From IMG/VR virus record IMGVR_UViG_3300025608_000081, positions 1 through 25,908 of that record: a DNA stretch of 25,908 bases; one strand, written 5' to 3'. Shown one piece after another: positions 17,358-24,597 of the stretch. A program made the translations under genes and the position numbers. Under the pieces are notes generated by a model. That model worked only from the letters and a program-made list of their open reading frames with translations. It was not told the origin of the DNA and did not search any database. The DNA comes from a virus (Duplodnaviria > Caudoviricetes). Within the stretch, counting starts at the first letter, position 1. Each line of letters begins with the position of its first letter.

Positions 17358-17996
17358 TTAAAAGATGTGTACCGACTCTGGACCAGAGTAGTTTTTGCCA
17401 GGAAGCGTTCTTTTTGTAAGCGGCTCATGCACACCATTTTGGTAGAACATTGGCTTCTCTGCAGCATAAACCTGCCAGTACTTCATTGTTTCAGCCCTGG
17501 CCTTATCCTGATTGTCTCTGATCATTAGCTGAAAATCAGTGGCTTGCTGTAAAAACTTGACATATTCATAGTTTAAATATACAATAGCATGGGCAGCAAG
17601 CATATTATATACTCGAAATGTATTGTTGTCAAATCTTTCGAGAGCTATCTTTTTCTTGCCTACTCCACCGTATAGCCCAAAGGCAGAGTTACCAAGATAA
17701 TAGGCGTCCGCTTCTTGTGGTATGTCTATGTACTCTTTTTTGTCCCAAATACTTACATCATCCTCTAGAACTAGGCAGGGCAGATCTTTTTCTCCTAGCT
17801 GTGTTAGCAAAAGATTGTGAGATGATGCAACACCCACCTTCTTAATTGGACTACGAACACCTGGGAAAAAAGTAACATTAGAAAAGCCAAACGACTTTAG
17901 CTGTTGCTCAATGGCAGCTCTTTTGGTGGTGTCATCTTTTAAGTTAATTACATAAACTGGCAGGTCACGTAATTCTAGGCGGTATGTATCATTCAT
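17358..17996 (-). CDS. Glycosyltransferase, GT25-like
   Basis: VYVINL, SH..L, LVLEDD and AHAIVY motifs. Confidence 0.8.
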   Translation of the reverse strand: MNDTYRLELRDLPVYVINLKDDTTKRAAIEQQLKSFGFSNVTFFPGVRSPIKKVGVASSHNLLLTQLGEKDLPCLVLEDDVSIWDKKEYIDIPQEADAYYLGNSAFGLYGGVGKKKIALERFDNNTFRVYNMLAAHAIVYLNYEYVKFLQQATDFQLMIRDNQDKARAETMKYWQVYAAEKPMFYQNGVHEPLTKRTLPGKNYSGPESVHIF

Positions 17997-18138
17997 TAAA
18001 ACTATTATAGCAGTCCAATAACTCTTCTACATACTTTTCATAGTCTATCTCTATGATCATATCTTTGCCAATAGTATGAATCTTAATCTCTTTTCCTATG
18101 TTAAATAGGATTTGTCTTATTTTTTCTTCTAATTCCAT
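17989..18138 (-). CDS. 49-aa hypothetical protein (not in ORF track)
   Basis: TGC-TATACT-N6-ATG; MELEEKIRQILFNIGKEIKIHTIGKDMIIEIDYEKYVEELLDCYNSFNE. Confidence 0.7.
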   Translation of the reverse strand: MELEEKIRQILFNIGKEIKIHTIGKDMIIEIDYEKYVEELLDCYNSFNE

Positions 18139-18177
18139 ACATCAAGTATAGCAATACCCTGGTATAATAGTTATATA

Positions 18178-19080
18178 ATGTCTGAAATCCCTAAAAAGCC
18201 TGGAAAAGGCCCAGTGAGAAAGGTTCGGGTTTCTAAAAACAAAGACAGTCTTGCTAATTATAGACAAGAAAGATCTCGAAAAAAGCCACCGCCACCCAAG
18301 AAAAGAGCTATTGAGCAGGTAAATCTGAGAGGCTCTTCCTCCGCTATGAAGGGGAAGTACAAAGTTACTATTGTTCTGCTAACATGGCAAAGGCTGTCTT
18401 CCCTTAACGGTATGCTAAATAGTTTAAGTAATCAAAGTTATAAAAATTTTGATGTTAGAATATCTAATGCAAACTTGATCAAGTTTGAATATGTAGAGTC
18501 GGTAGCAAAAAAGTTCGACGGCCATCTGGATATCGAGGTGTCGCATGAGGGAAACAATGAGTTTGCTTTTAGAAGATTTTCTGTAGGCAAAGATCTTGCT
18601 GAGCGAGGAACAAACATTATATTGTTTATCGATGATGATGTCAAAATACCCAACGATTATGTTGAGCAGTGCCTAAGGTATTATGAAGAAAAGAGTTATA
18701 AGTCTGGTTTTGCTTGGACCTTAGATCGTGGGGGAAGCAACTACTATAAGTATCGAACTAGAATATATAATCCAAGCCAAAGAGCTAACTACTGTGGTAC
18801 AGGGCTAGGAATGATTGATGCAGCCATATTCCTTGATCCAAGGCTTATATCACAAGCACCTCCCGAAGCACTAAAAATTGAAGACCTCTGGCTTTCTTAT
18901 TTTGCTCAAAGAGTTTTAAAGTGGAGGCTATCTCCCATACCGCTGGAAAATGCTATCTTGGGTGGTGCCGACAGCGTGGCTTTGTATCGTCAGGTGCTTA
19001 AAGAAAAAGGCACTATAAAAGCTCCAGATAAATCTGACTTCTTACGACTACTTGTTCATAAATATAAGTGGAAGCTATAG
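18178..19080 (+). CDS. Glycosyltransferase, GT2/GT-A fold, with basic N-terminal extension
   Basis: VTIVLLTWQR, LSNQS, FIDDD (DxD) and EDLWLS motifs. Confidence 0.82.
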   Translation: MSEIPKKPGKGPVRKVRVSKNKDSLANYRQERSRKKPPPPKKRAIEQVNLRGSSSAMKGKYKVTIVLLTWQRLSSLNGMLNSLSNQSYKNFDVRISNANLIKFEYVESVAKKFDGHLDIEVSHEGNNEFAFRRFSVGKDLAERGTNIILFIDDDVKIPNDYVEQCLRYYEEKSYKSGFAWTLDRGGSNYYKYRTRIYNPSQRANYCGTGLGMIDAAIFLDPRLISQAPPEALKIEDLWLSYFAQRVLKWRLSPIPLENAILGGADSVALYRQVLKEKGTIKAPDKSDFLRLLVHKYKWKL

Positions 19081-19683
19081 CTTAATAGACTTAGCAAACA
19101 CGACTCGTGATGCCATCTTAGATGCACTAATAATTGCAATTGGGGCAGAGATACTTAAGATAATACCAGCCCACATGCGTGGCTCCGTCCAGTCCCAGTT
19201 CCAGAAATCAAAGGTGTGGAAGCCATTAGCTAGCACAGCAAGCCCTCCGAAGGCTACCATGCCCATGATCGCCCCCCAAGTCTTCTCTTGCTTCCCATCG
19301 TCGTCTACTCGTGATGCTAAAACCAGGTATGCAACTAAGAACAAAAGATACATAAGTTCAATAAAGAAGAAGAACAGCCCACCCATCCAAGCCTGAGATA
19401 GCCCAACAAACTGTGCTACGGCAGTAATACCATTAAAAGATACGATGGCGGAGGCCACAAATGCAATAGCAATACCAGTAATCCAAGACCAAAGAATAAC
19501 TCTCTGGTCAATCTGTACCTTTGGTGCCCTTAGCTTCTCTTGCTTCTCGTAATTAGCAAGCTTTCTTTCTTGCTCAGACTCTCTGGCGACCGCCACAGCG
19601 TCCACCTGAGGCTCCCTGACGCGCCCTCTAAGCCTGCGGGGATCAACTTTACCGTTGCCGCCAATATTGTTATCAACTATCAT
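19075..19683 (-). CDS. Four-TM membrane protein, weakly DUF2637-like
   Basis: Four hydrophobic segments; start moved to MIVDNN (TATACT-N6-ATG). Confidence 0.7.
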   Translation of the reverse strand: MIVDNNIGGNGKVDPRRLRGRVREPQVDAVAVARESEQERKLANYEKQEKLRAPKVQIDQRVILWSWITGIAIAFVASAIVSFNGITAVAQFVGLSQAWMGGLFFFFIELMYLLFLVAYLVLASRVDDDGKQEKTWGAIMGMVAFGGLAVLANGFHTFDFWNWDWTEPRMWAGIILSISAPIAIISASKMASRVVFAKSIKL

Positions 19684-19697
19684 AGTATTAGTATACA

Positions 19698-19982
19698 CTA
19701 ACTGCCGTTTTGTCGCATCCAAGTTCTAAGTCGATGACAATTGGCACAAACCAGCTCACACTTAGCTAGCTCGTCCTTGATAGTTTTAATACTCACTGCT
19801 GAGTTTGCATAACGAGATACATTATGCTTTTTCTTTCCTTGGATGTGGTCAAAGTCCATTTGACTATAGTGATAGAACTCTCCACAATCAGAACAGGGAT
19901 GCTTCTCTTTAAGATCTCTAACGTACTCTTTGTTGCGGTCGCGTGCTTGACGCTTGTATTCCGCTTCCCTTGCTGATCCCAA
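19698..19982 (-). CDS. HNH endonuclease
   Basis: CSDC, DFDH and CELVCANCH motifs; AGGAGA RBS with TTG start. Confidence 0.85.
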   Translation of the reverse strand: MGSAREAEYKRQARDRNKEYVRDLKEKHPCSDCGEFYHYSQMDFDHIQGKKKHNVSRYANSAVSIKTIKDELAKCELVCANCHRLRTWMRQNGS

Positions 19983-20047
19983 TTTAATTATCTCCTGTGT
20001 CTTGTACAGCTAAAAACTAACAGCCACAAGACCAGTATACACGATTA

Positions 20048-20260
20048 TTAAGGATTGCGTATTTGGTTTATAAGCCTTAGGATATCTAGGAAACGCATTG
20101 TTGGTGTGCCCTCTACCTCTTTGAATATAGACAGGACACGTTTTCTTTCTGTAATCATTCCAGCTTCATAAGCTTTAATTTCCAGGTTGCTCACAGCAAC
20201 GGGATCTCTCCAGCCCTCGGCGTGTGCCCTTTTTAGAAAGTGCTCGTAGTTCTCAATCAT
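20048..20260 (-). CDS. Hypothetical protein
   Basis: 70 aa ORF overlapping the upstream stop. Confidence 0.65.
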   Translation of the reverse strand: MIENYEHFLKRAHAEGWRDPVAVSNLEIKAYEAGMITERKRVLSIFKEVEGTPTMRFLDILRLINQIRNP

Positions 20261-20471
20261 TGTTTAAAAGCTTCTTGTTAGCAGACAAAAAGTCATGCCA
20301 CGCAATCCATGCATAGATGGCCTCTTCCGCATACTCAAGGTTTGCTTCTTCGCTTGTTTCGAAAGACCAGTTGCCAGCACGGTAAACTTGGTTAATAGTT
20401 TTATCTTCTAGCGGCCACTCTCTCTCCAGCTTAATATCTGGCACCTTTTCTGGATCATACTTAAACATCAT
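20253..20471 (-). CDS. Hypothetical protein
   Basis: GAGG RBS; upstream TTGACA-N17-GACAAT. Confidence 0.7.
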   Translation of the reverse strand: MMFKYDPEKVPDIKLEREWPLEDKTINQVYRAGNWSFETSEEANLEYAEEAIYAWIAWHDFLSANKKLLNND

Positions 20472-20524
20472 GTTTCCTCAATTCTGTTATCATAAAACCA
20501 TTGTCTCACGATAGCAGCAGTTTG

Positions 20525-20662
20525 TCAATCGTCTAAATAATCTACGTAAGTTTTTTGATAACCACAGTACGGGCAAATCTCCAAAATGTGGCGGTAGTTC
20601 TTGTCTTCTCTGTCATCCATAACCGCAATGCCGATAGGGGTATCACACTCTGGACAAGTCAT
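20525..20662 (-). CDS. 45-aa zinc-ribbon microprotein (not in ORF track)
   Basis: TGG-TAAGAT-N6-ATG; MTCPECDTPIGIAVMDDREDKNYRHILEICPYCGYQKTYVDYLDD. Confidence 0.75.
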   Translation of the reverse strand: MTCPECDTPIGIAVMDDREDKNYRHILEICPYCGYQKTYVDYLDD

Positions 20663-20684
20663 AGGTAAATCTTACCACATGGTG

Positions 20685-20713
20685 TTGACATAAAGCCTCT
20701 GTAATGATATTAT
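20685..20713 (+). promoter_or_regulatory. SigA-type promoter, leaderless
   Basis: TTGACA-N17-TATTAT-N6-ATG (20720), with TG extension. Confidence 0.75.
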
Positions 20714-20719
20714 TGATGC

Positions 20720-20953
20720 ATGGAAGAAAACAATTTTGAAGCAAACCCTGGCTCGCCTTTGTTTGCAAGCTTGCTAGAAGGTGAGCAGTGGATCGCAAAG
20801 CTAGAGGAAGAACAGTCTCTGCTTGAGATGGATGTTCTTATCGCTAGCGAAAGCCTTAGTCAGATAGGCGTCGCCTCTCTAGTCTTTAGTTTACAGAAAA
20901 CTAAGGATGCTATAGAGCAAATTAAACTAGAAATGATGATGCTCGATGGATGA
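20720..20953 (+). CDS. Hypothetical acidic coiled-coil protein
   Basis: ORF at a leaderless promoter. Confidence 0.7.
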   Translation: MEENNFEANPGSPLFASLLEGEQWIAKLEEEQSLLEMDVLIASESLSQIGVASLVFSLQKTKDAIEQIKLEMMMLDG

Positions 20954-21179
20954 GGATAAGGCAAAAGAAGAAATAAACGACCTTAAAAGAAAGCGCTCTG
21001 AAATAAAGCAGGACTTGGCCAATCTTGGTCCAAAGCTTAGCGCGGTCAGCAGCGTCGTGTTGCTTATGCATCTTGCTATTCTAGATAATGATATTAGAGA
21101 TATGACCAAGAACTTAGAGGATATGGGATTCGAAGAGTTTATGAGAAAGGCCTGGGGCAGCGATGACAAATTCAGATGA
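20946..21179 (+). CDS. Hypothetical protein
   Basis: Overlapping operon ORF. Confidence 0.65.
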   Translation: MDEDKAKEEINDLKRKRSEIKQDLANLGPKLSAVSSVVLLMHLAILDNDIRDMTKNLEDMGFEEFMRKAWGSDDKFR

Positions 21180-21417
21180 AATGAGCTTTGAAGAGTGGGT
21201 TGAAGAGGGATACATTCGTGGATGGATTGGTCCACCAGTCTGTCAAACACACGATGGAATACCTTTGACACCAGAAGAAGACAAAGACTTTGACCAAGGC
21301 GGTGATCCTTGTGTCCACGTTATTAGATTATATGAAGACAAAGAGACGAAGCAGGGTGTGGAGGACAATCACAGCCCTACTTTGTGGAGAGCTTCTAACC
21401 AGGGACTGAAGGGGTAG
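21163..21417 (+). CDS. Hypothetical protein with Cys/His motifs
   Basis: PVCQTHDG...DPCVH; GGGG RBS. Confidence 0.7.
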   Translation: MTNSDEMSFEEWVEEGYIRGWIGPPVCQTHDGIPLTPEEDKDFDQGGDPCVHVIRLYEDKETKQGVEDNHSPTLWRASNQGLKG

Positions 21418-21421
21418 ACAA

Positions 21422-21613
21422 ATGTTTAAAGTTGTTGTAGAATATACAAATAATACAGAAGTAACGGTTGCTGAAAAGATTTATGCACTAAGCGAAGCAA
21501 TAAGGGTACAAGACGATCTTCTCGAAAGGGTTGATTCTGGGGAGCTTGCCAATGTAGAGCTTGTGTCAATTAAAAGGGTTGCCGATTGGTTTTACGAAGG
21601 GCTGAACAAATAA
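21422..21613 (+). CDS. Hypothetical protein
   Basis: AAGGGG RBS; 63 aa. Confidence 0.65.
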   Translation: MFKVVVEYTNNTEVTVAEKIYALSEAIRVQDDLLERVDSGELANVELVSIKRVADWFYEGLNK

Positions 21614-21780
21614 TGGAACTAGAAGACATCAGGCCAGAGCTTTACACAGTGTGGCCAGACAGGACATGGTCTAGGGGGCTTACAGCACACCAGCGTGGTC
21701 TTGCCTGGGAGCACCAGCATGTCGGACACACTAAAACAAAAACAGAGTGCAACGCATGTGTATGCGAGGATGCTTTCTGA
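21613..21780 (+). CDS. Hypothetical His/Cys-rich protein
   Basis: TAATG coupling places the start at 21613; C-terminal HQHVGH...CNACVC. Confidence 0.6.
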   Translation: MELEDIRPELYTVWPDRTWSRGLTAHQRGLAWEHQHVGHTKTKTECNACVCEDAF

Positions 21781-22016
21781 TGAGACACCGCATTAAAAAA
21801 TACCGTGAGCGTAGGCGTAAGCATTCGTACAACGAGCTATGGAATATGATCTATGGCTTTCCAGAGTATCCAGGTGGGCTGCTCTATAGGTATGAGGATG
21901 CTATGGAACGGGTAGAGTCCTTGAAGACTACAAGGGACATTCTTAATAAAAGAATCACTAAGCTTGAAGTTGATGTGGCAAAGCTTTCGGCAGATAAGAA
22001 TAATAAAAAGTCTTAA
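21780..22016 (+). CDS. Hypothetical protein with basic N-terminus and coiled coil
   Basis: TGATG coupling places the start at 21780. Confidence 0.6.
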   Translation: MRHRIKKYRERRRKHSYNELWNMIYGFPEYPGGLLYRYEDAMERVESLKTTRDILNKRITKLEVDVAKLSADKNNKKS

Positions 22017-22040
22017 TACTAATAGTGTAGAATGGTATAT

Positions 22041-22220
22041 ATGTCCAGAAACCATCATATATACGAAGAGTTCGATGAGCCGATAGACTTGACGGTACAC
22101 ACCAAGTCACCCAACAAATGGCTGCTGATTGATAGAGAGACTGGAGAAGCCTACACGGGCAATCCTAATGGTTATTGGGACAAGCTTGTGGGTAAAGCTC
22201 GGCGCGAAAATAAGAGTTAA
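22041..22220 (+). CDS. Hypothetical phage protein
   Basis: TAGAAT-N7-ATG; TKSPNKWLLIDRETGEAY. Confidence 0.7.
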   Translation: MSRNHHIYEEFDEPIDLTVHTKSPNKWLLIDRETGEAYTGNPNGYWDKLVGKARRENKS

Positions 22221-22234
22221 AGTTCGGCGGTAAA

Positions 22235-22266
22235 TAGAATTACATGCTCGACACGAGCAATATCTA
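22235..22266. terminator. Hairpin between convergent genes
   Basis: TGCTCG-ACA-CGAGCA core with outer TAGA/TCTA pairing; no clear U-tract. Confidence 0.35.
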
Positions 22267-22275
22267 TAGTATGCC

Positions 22276-22362
22276 TTATACGAGGATCAAAGCGAGGGAT
22301 AGTACAGTAACAGCATTAACTACTGCTAGTGTAATAACCAGTGTGATGTCTAGTTTGTTCAT
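22276..22362 (-). CDS. 28-aa single-TM microprotein (not in ORF track)
   Basis: TGA-TACAAT-N6-ATG; MNKLDITLVITLAVVNAVTVLSLALILV. Confidence 0.6.
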   Translation of the reverse strand: MNKLDITLVITLAVVNAVTVLSLALILV

Positions 22363-22382
22363 ACTATGATTGTATCATATTG

Positions 22383-22411
22383 TTGACTTTTGTAGATGTG
22401 TGCGATATAAT
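22383..22411 (+). promoter_or_regulatory. SigA-type promoter
   Basis: TTGACT-N17-TATAAT, then AAGGAG and GTG at 22440. Confidence 0.75.
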
Positions 22412-22439
22412 TTTATAAAGCCAATCATAAGGAGAGACA

Positions 22440-22715
22440 GTGGCTAGCGAAAAATACTACGAAGTAATGAATACAGACTTTGAGGCAGAGGCAGCAAAGT
22501 CTATGAACAACATCTTTGATCTTTACAATGAAACAATTGACCTAGTTAATAATGATCAGGCGAGCAAGTTTGACCTGTGGAACCAACTTGGTATTCTGAG
22601 GTGGGCTGAGGGACAGCTGTTTGAAAACGTAGAGGACTTCAAGCTGCTTCATGAAGCTAGGCTTCAGCGCAAGAGAGAAAAGGTGGAAAAGCAAGCTGCT
22701 AGGTCTGAACAATAG
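22440..22715 (+). CDS. Hypothetical protein
   Basis: Strong RBS and promoter. Confidence 0.75.
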   Translation: MASEKYYEVMNTDFEAEAAKSMNNIFDLYNETIDLVNNDQASKFDLWNQLGILRWAEGQLFENVEDFKLLHEARLQRKREKVEKQAARSEQ

Positions 22716-22950
22716 CACCCTTGTGTGGAGATTCTACAGCATGCTTCGTAATGTGTTTGCTATTTGCTGTGACTACGGCAAAGTAGGGTATCAGGATAGC
22801 TCCCAATATCGGCAGGGTAACGAACCATCCTGGAACTATAAAACATAACCCTATACATATAAGACGTATACCCATAGCTAGAGTATATGATCTCATACGT
22901 GATAAGCGTTCCTTATCAGGATTAGATATAGATGTAATGCTATTTGTCAA
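22699..22950 (-). CDS. DUF3099-family actinobacterial membrane protein
   Basis: RMRSYTLAMGIRLIC...GAILIPYFAVVTAN pattern. Confidence 0.75.
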   Translation of the reverse strand: MTNSITSISNPDKERLSRMRSYTLAMGIRLICIGLCFIVPGWFVTLPILGAILIPYFAVVTANSKHITKHAVESPHKGAIVQT

Positions 22951-23101
22951 GATAAGGATAATCTCCGTGATGATGCTTATGATCGTAATTCGATTTGCGT
23001 GAGATAGGGTCTAACATATGCTTTGACCAATTGTAGAAAGCCCAAAGATTCAAGACAATGACTATAGGGACTAAGACCCATATCACAATAGTTTCTAACA
23101 T
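22940..23101 (-). CDS. 53-aa membrane microprotein with His-rich tail (not in ORF track)
   Basis: GGGGG RBS; MLETIVIWVLVPIVIVLNLWAFYNWSKHMLDPISRKSNYDHKHHHGDYPYLDK. Confidence 0.6.
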   Translation of the reverse strand: MLETIVIWVLVPIVIVLNLWAFYNWSKHMLDPISRKSNYDHKHHHGDYPYLDK

Positions 23102-23152
23102 TATTTACCCCCACAAATATGATATCATACCGATATGTGATAGAATGTTACT

Positions 23153-23722
23153 ATGAAATTAGAGTATGTTCACATAAGAGAAGCGCTATCAGAAGAAAGC
23201 TTAAAGGAGCTAAAAGACCTAGCTAACAAAGCTTTGCTTAATCCTGACAATGAAATACAAGAAGAGTATGGTAGGGTTTCATACCCCTTGCCTGTTCCAG
23301 ACTACATCAATGATTCTGTTACCCTTTTGGTTAATGGCCTATCAGAAAAGCCATTGACTTCAAAAGGAGCTATGGCAGTAACTTATAGCTTACCTTATGG
23401 CACTCCCGATCTACCTCCACATTATGATGGAGATGACACAGATATGATCGTAAGCCTTGTGCTGTCTTCTAACACACGTTGGATAGTAGGATTAGACAAA
23501 AGCATTCATAATGTCTTAGACAATGGTGCTCTCATATTTAACCCAAATGATTCTATTCATTGGAGATCGCATAAAGAGTTTCAAGATGGTGAGTACGTTA
23601 CGATGGTCTTCTTTAGATTCCACAATAAAGACAACCCCTCGGACTATTCACACAGGAGGCTTAGTGCAAATAGTACAGCTCTTAGTGGTGTAAATGACTT
23701 CAGAAATAAGCTTAATCTTTAA
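23153..23722 (+). CDS. 2OG-Fe(II) oxygenase-like protein
   Basis: LPPHYD (HxD), distal HWR and MVFF motifs; leaderless TGA-TAGAAT-N6-ATG. Confidence 0.75.
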   Translation: MKLEYVHIREALSEESLKELKDLANKALLNPDNEIQEEYGRVSYPLPVPDYINDSVTLLVNGLSEKPLTSKGAMAVTYSLPYGTPDLPPHYDGDDTDMIVSLVLSSNTRWIVGLDKSIHNVLDNGALIFNPNDSIHWRSHKEFQDGEYVTMVFFRFHNKDNPSDYSHRRLSANSTALSGVNDFRNKLNL

Positions 23723-23740
23723 ATATCATCTTACTAACAG

Positions 23741-23773
23741 TGTGGATAAAGTTGTGGATAACATTGTGGATAA
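23741..23773. repeat. Three tandem perfect DnaA boxes
   Basis: TGTGGATAA (reverse complement of TTATCCACA) at 23741, 23753 and 23765; 12-bp period. Confidence 0.75.
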
Positions 23774-23954
23774 GTATATAGGGTAATAGAACGAACCTCC
23801 AAACCCTTCATAATGGAAGCCACGATTTCAAACACCTCTTCGTAATGATATTTAGCGGAAATCCAGCAAAAATATATGCCTGAAAATATCCAAAAAACCT
23901 TAATAAATTAATTAAAAATAATCAAAATCAGGGGAAATGGATCAAAAAGATCTA

Positions 23955-24032
23955 CTATGCTTTAATAGCAGAAATAACTAAAAACACTATAACGAATATA
24001 GTGGTTATTACACTAGGGATAATGTCTATCAT
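23955..24032 (-). CDS. 25-aa single-TM microprotein (not in ORF track)
   Basis: TATACT-N7-ATG; MIDIIPSVITTIFVIVFLVISAIKA. Confidence 0.5.
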   Translation of the reverse strand: MIDIIPSVITTIFVIVFLVISAIKA

Positions 24033-24059
24033 GGTATTTAGTATATACCCACGATATTT

Positions 24060-24200
24060 CTAAGGTGTTCGTAATGGATTACAGTGATGTAAAATCTTTT
24101 TGATGAATCCCGCTATTGCTTTACCCATATCAGAATACCCCTGATCAATGTCTCTTCCTTCATGGGGGTAGTGTGATCTGAAATAAGGTGTTCTTACCAT
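24060..24200 (-). CDS. 46-aa microprotein (not in ORF track)
   Basis: TATAAT-N7-ATG; MVRTPYFRSHYPHEGRDIDQGYSDMGKAIAGFIKKILHHCNPLRTP. Confidence 0.55.
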   Translation of the reverse strand: MVRTPYFRSHYPHEGRDIDQGYSDMGKAIAGFIKKILHHCNPLRTP

Positions 24201-24215
24201 ATATACTATTATACC

Positions 24216-24284
24216 TTAGTTATATGAATTCAAAGCTATTGCCCATAGTATAGCTATAATCATACCAATGATCAAATATTCCAC
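24216..24284 (-). CDS. 22-aa single-TM microprotein (not in ORF track)
   Basis: AAGGGG RBS and GTG start both lie inside repeat copy 3; MEYLIIGMIIAILWAIALNSYN. Confidence 0.4.
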   Translation of the reverse strand: MEYLIIGMIIAILWAIALNSYN

Positions 24285-24324
24285 GATTTAAAATGCCCCT
24301 TCGTAATAATGTTTATTTAAATAG

Positions 24325-24597
24325 TTAACCAACGAGCAAGTCATCGAGATTGTCATATCCTTCATCTTCCTTAATTCCGAGGGAAGCTAAGAATAGATCA
24401 AATGTCTCATTAACAATTGTATTAGCTTGATCAGTAGGAGATACAATCTTCTCTGCTAGCATAAAGGCTAAAGGCAAACCTAGATCATTATAATCAATAA
24501 AGTCTTTGAAGTCTTCTTGATGCCTATAGTCAACCCATAGCTCAGATAAGATATCGAATCTTACTTCAATAGGTGTTGGTTCATTATCTTCATTCAT
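24325..24597 (-). CDS. Acidic hypothetical phage protein
   Basis: GGAG RBS; 90 aa. Confidence 0.75.
   Translation of the reverse strand: MNEDNEPTPIEVRFDILSELWVDYRHQEDFKDFIDYNDLGLPLAFMLAEKIVSPTDQANTIVNETFDLFLASLGIKEDEGYDNLDDLLVG

Noticed and set aside
22726-22752. Possible additional copy of the 27-bp site (TGGAGA-N14-TCGTAAT)
   Set aside because: The left half-site does not match and it lies inside a coding region.
23734-23823. 29-aa minus-strand ORF (MASIMKGLEVRSITLYTYPQCYPQLYPHC) starting in repeat copy 1
   Set aside because: It has a possible RBS, but the YPQ repeats are simply the DnaA boxes read in frame. Other repeat copies give only 4-19 aa ORFs from the equivalent GTG (copy 3 is the exception). 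Not called, though not fully excluded.
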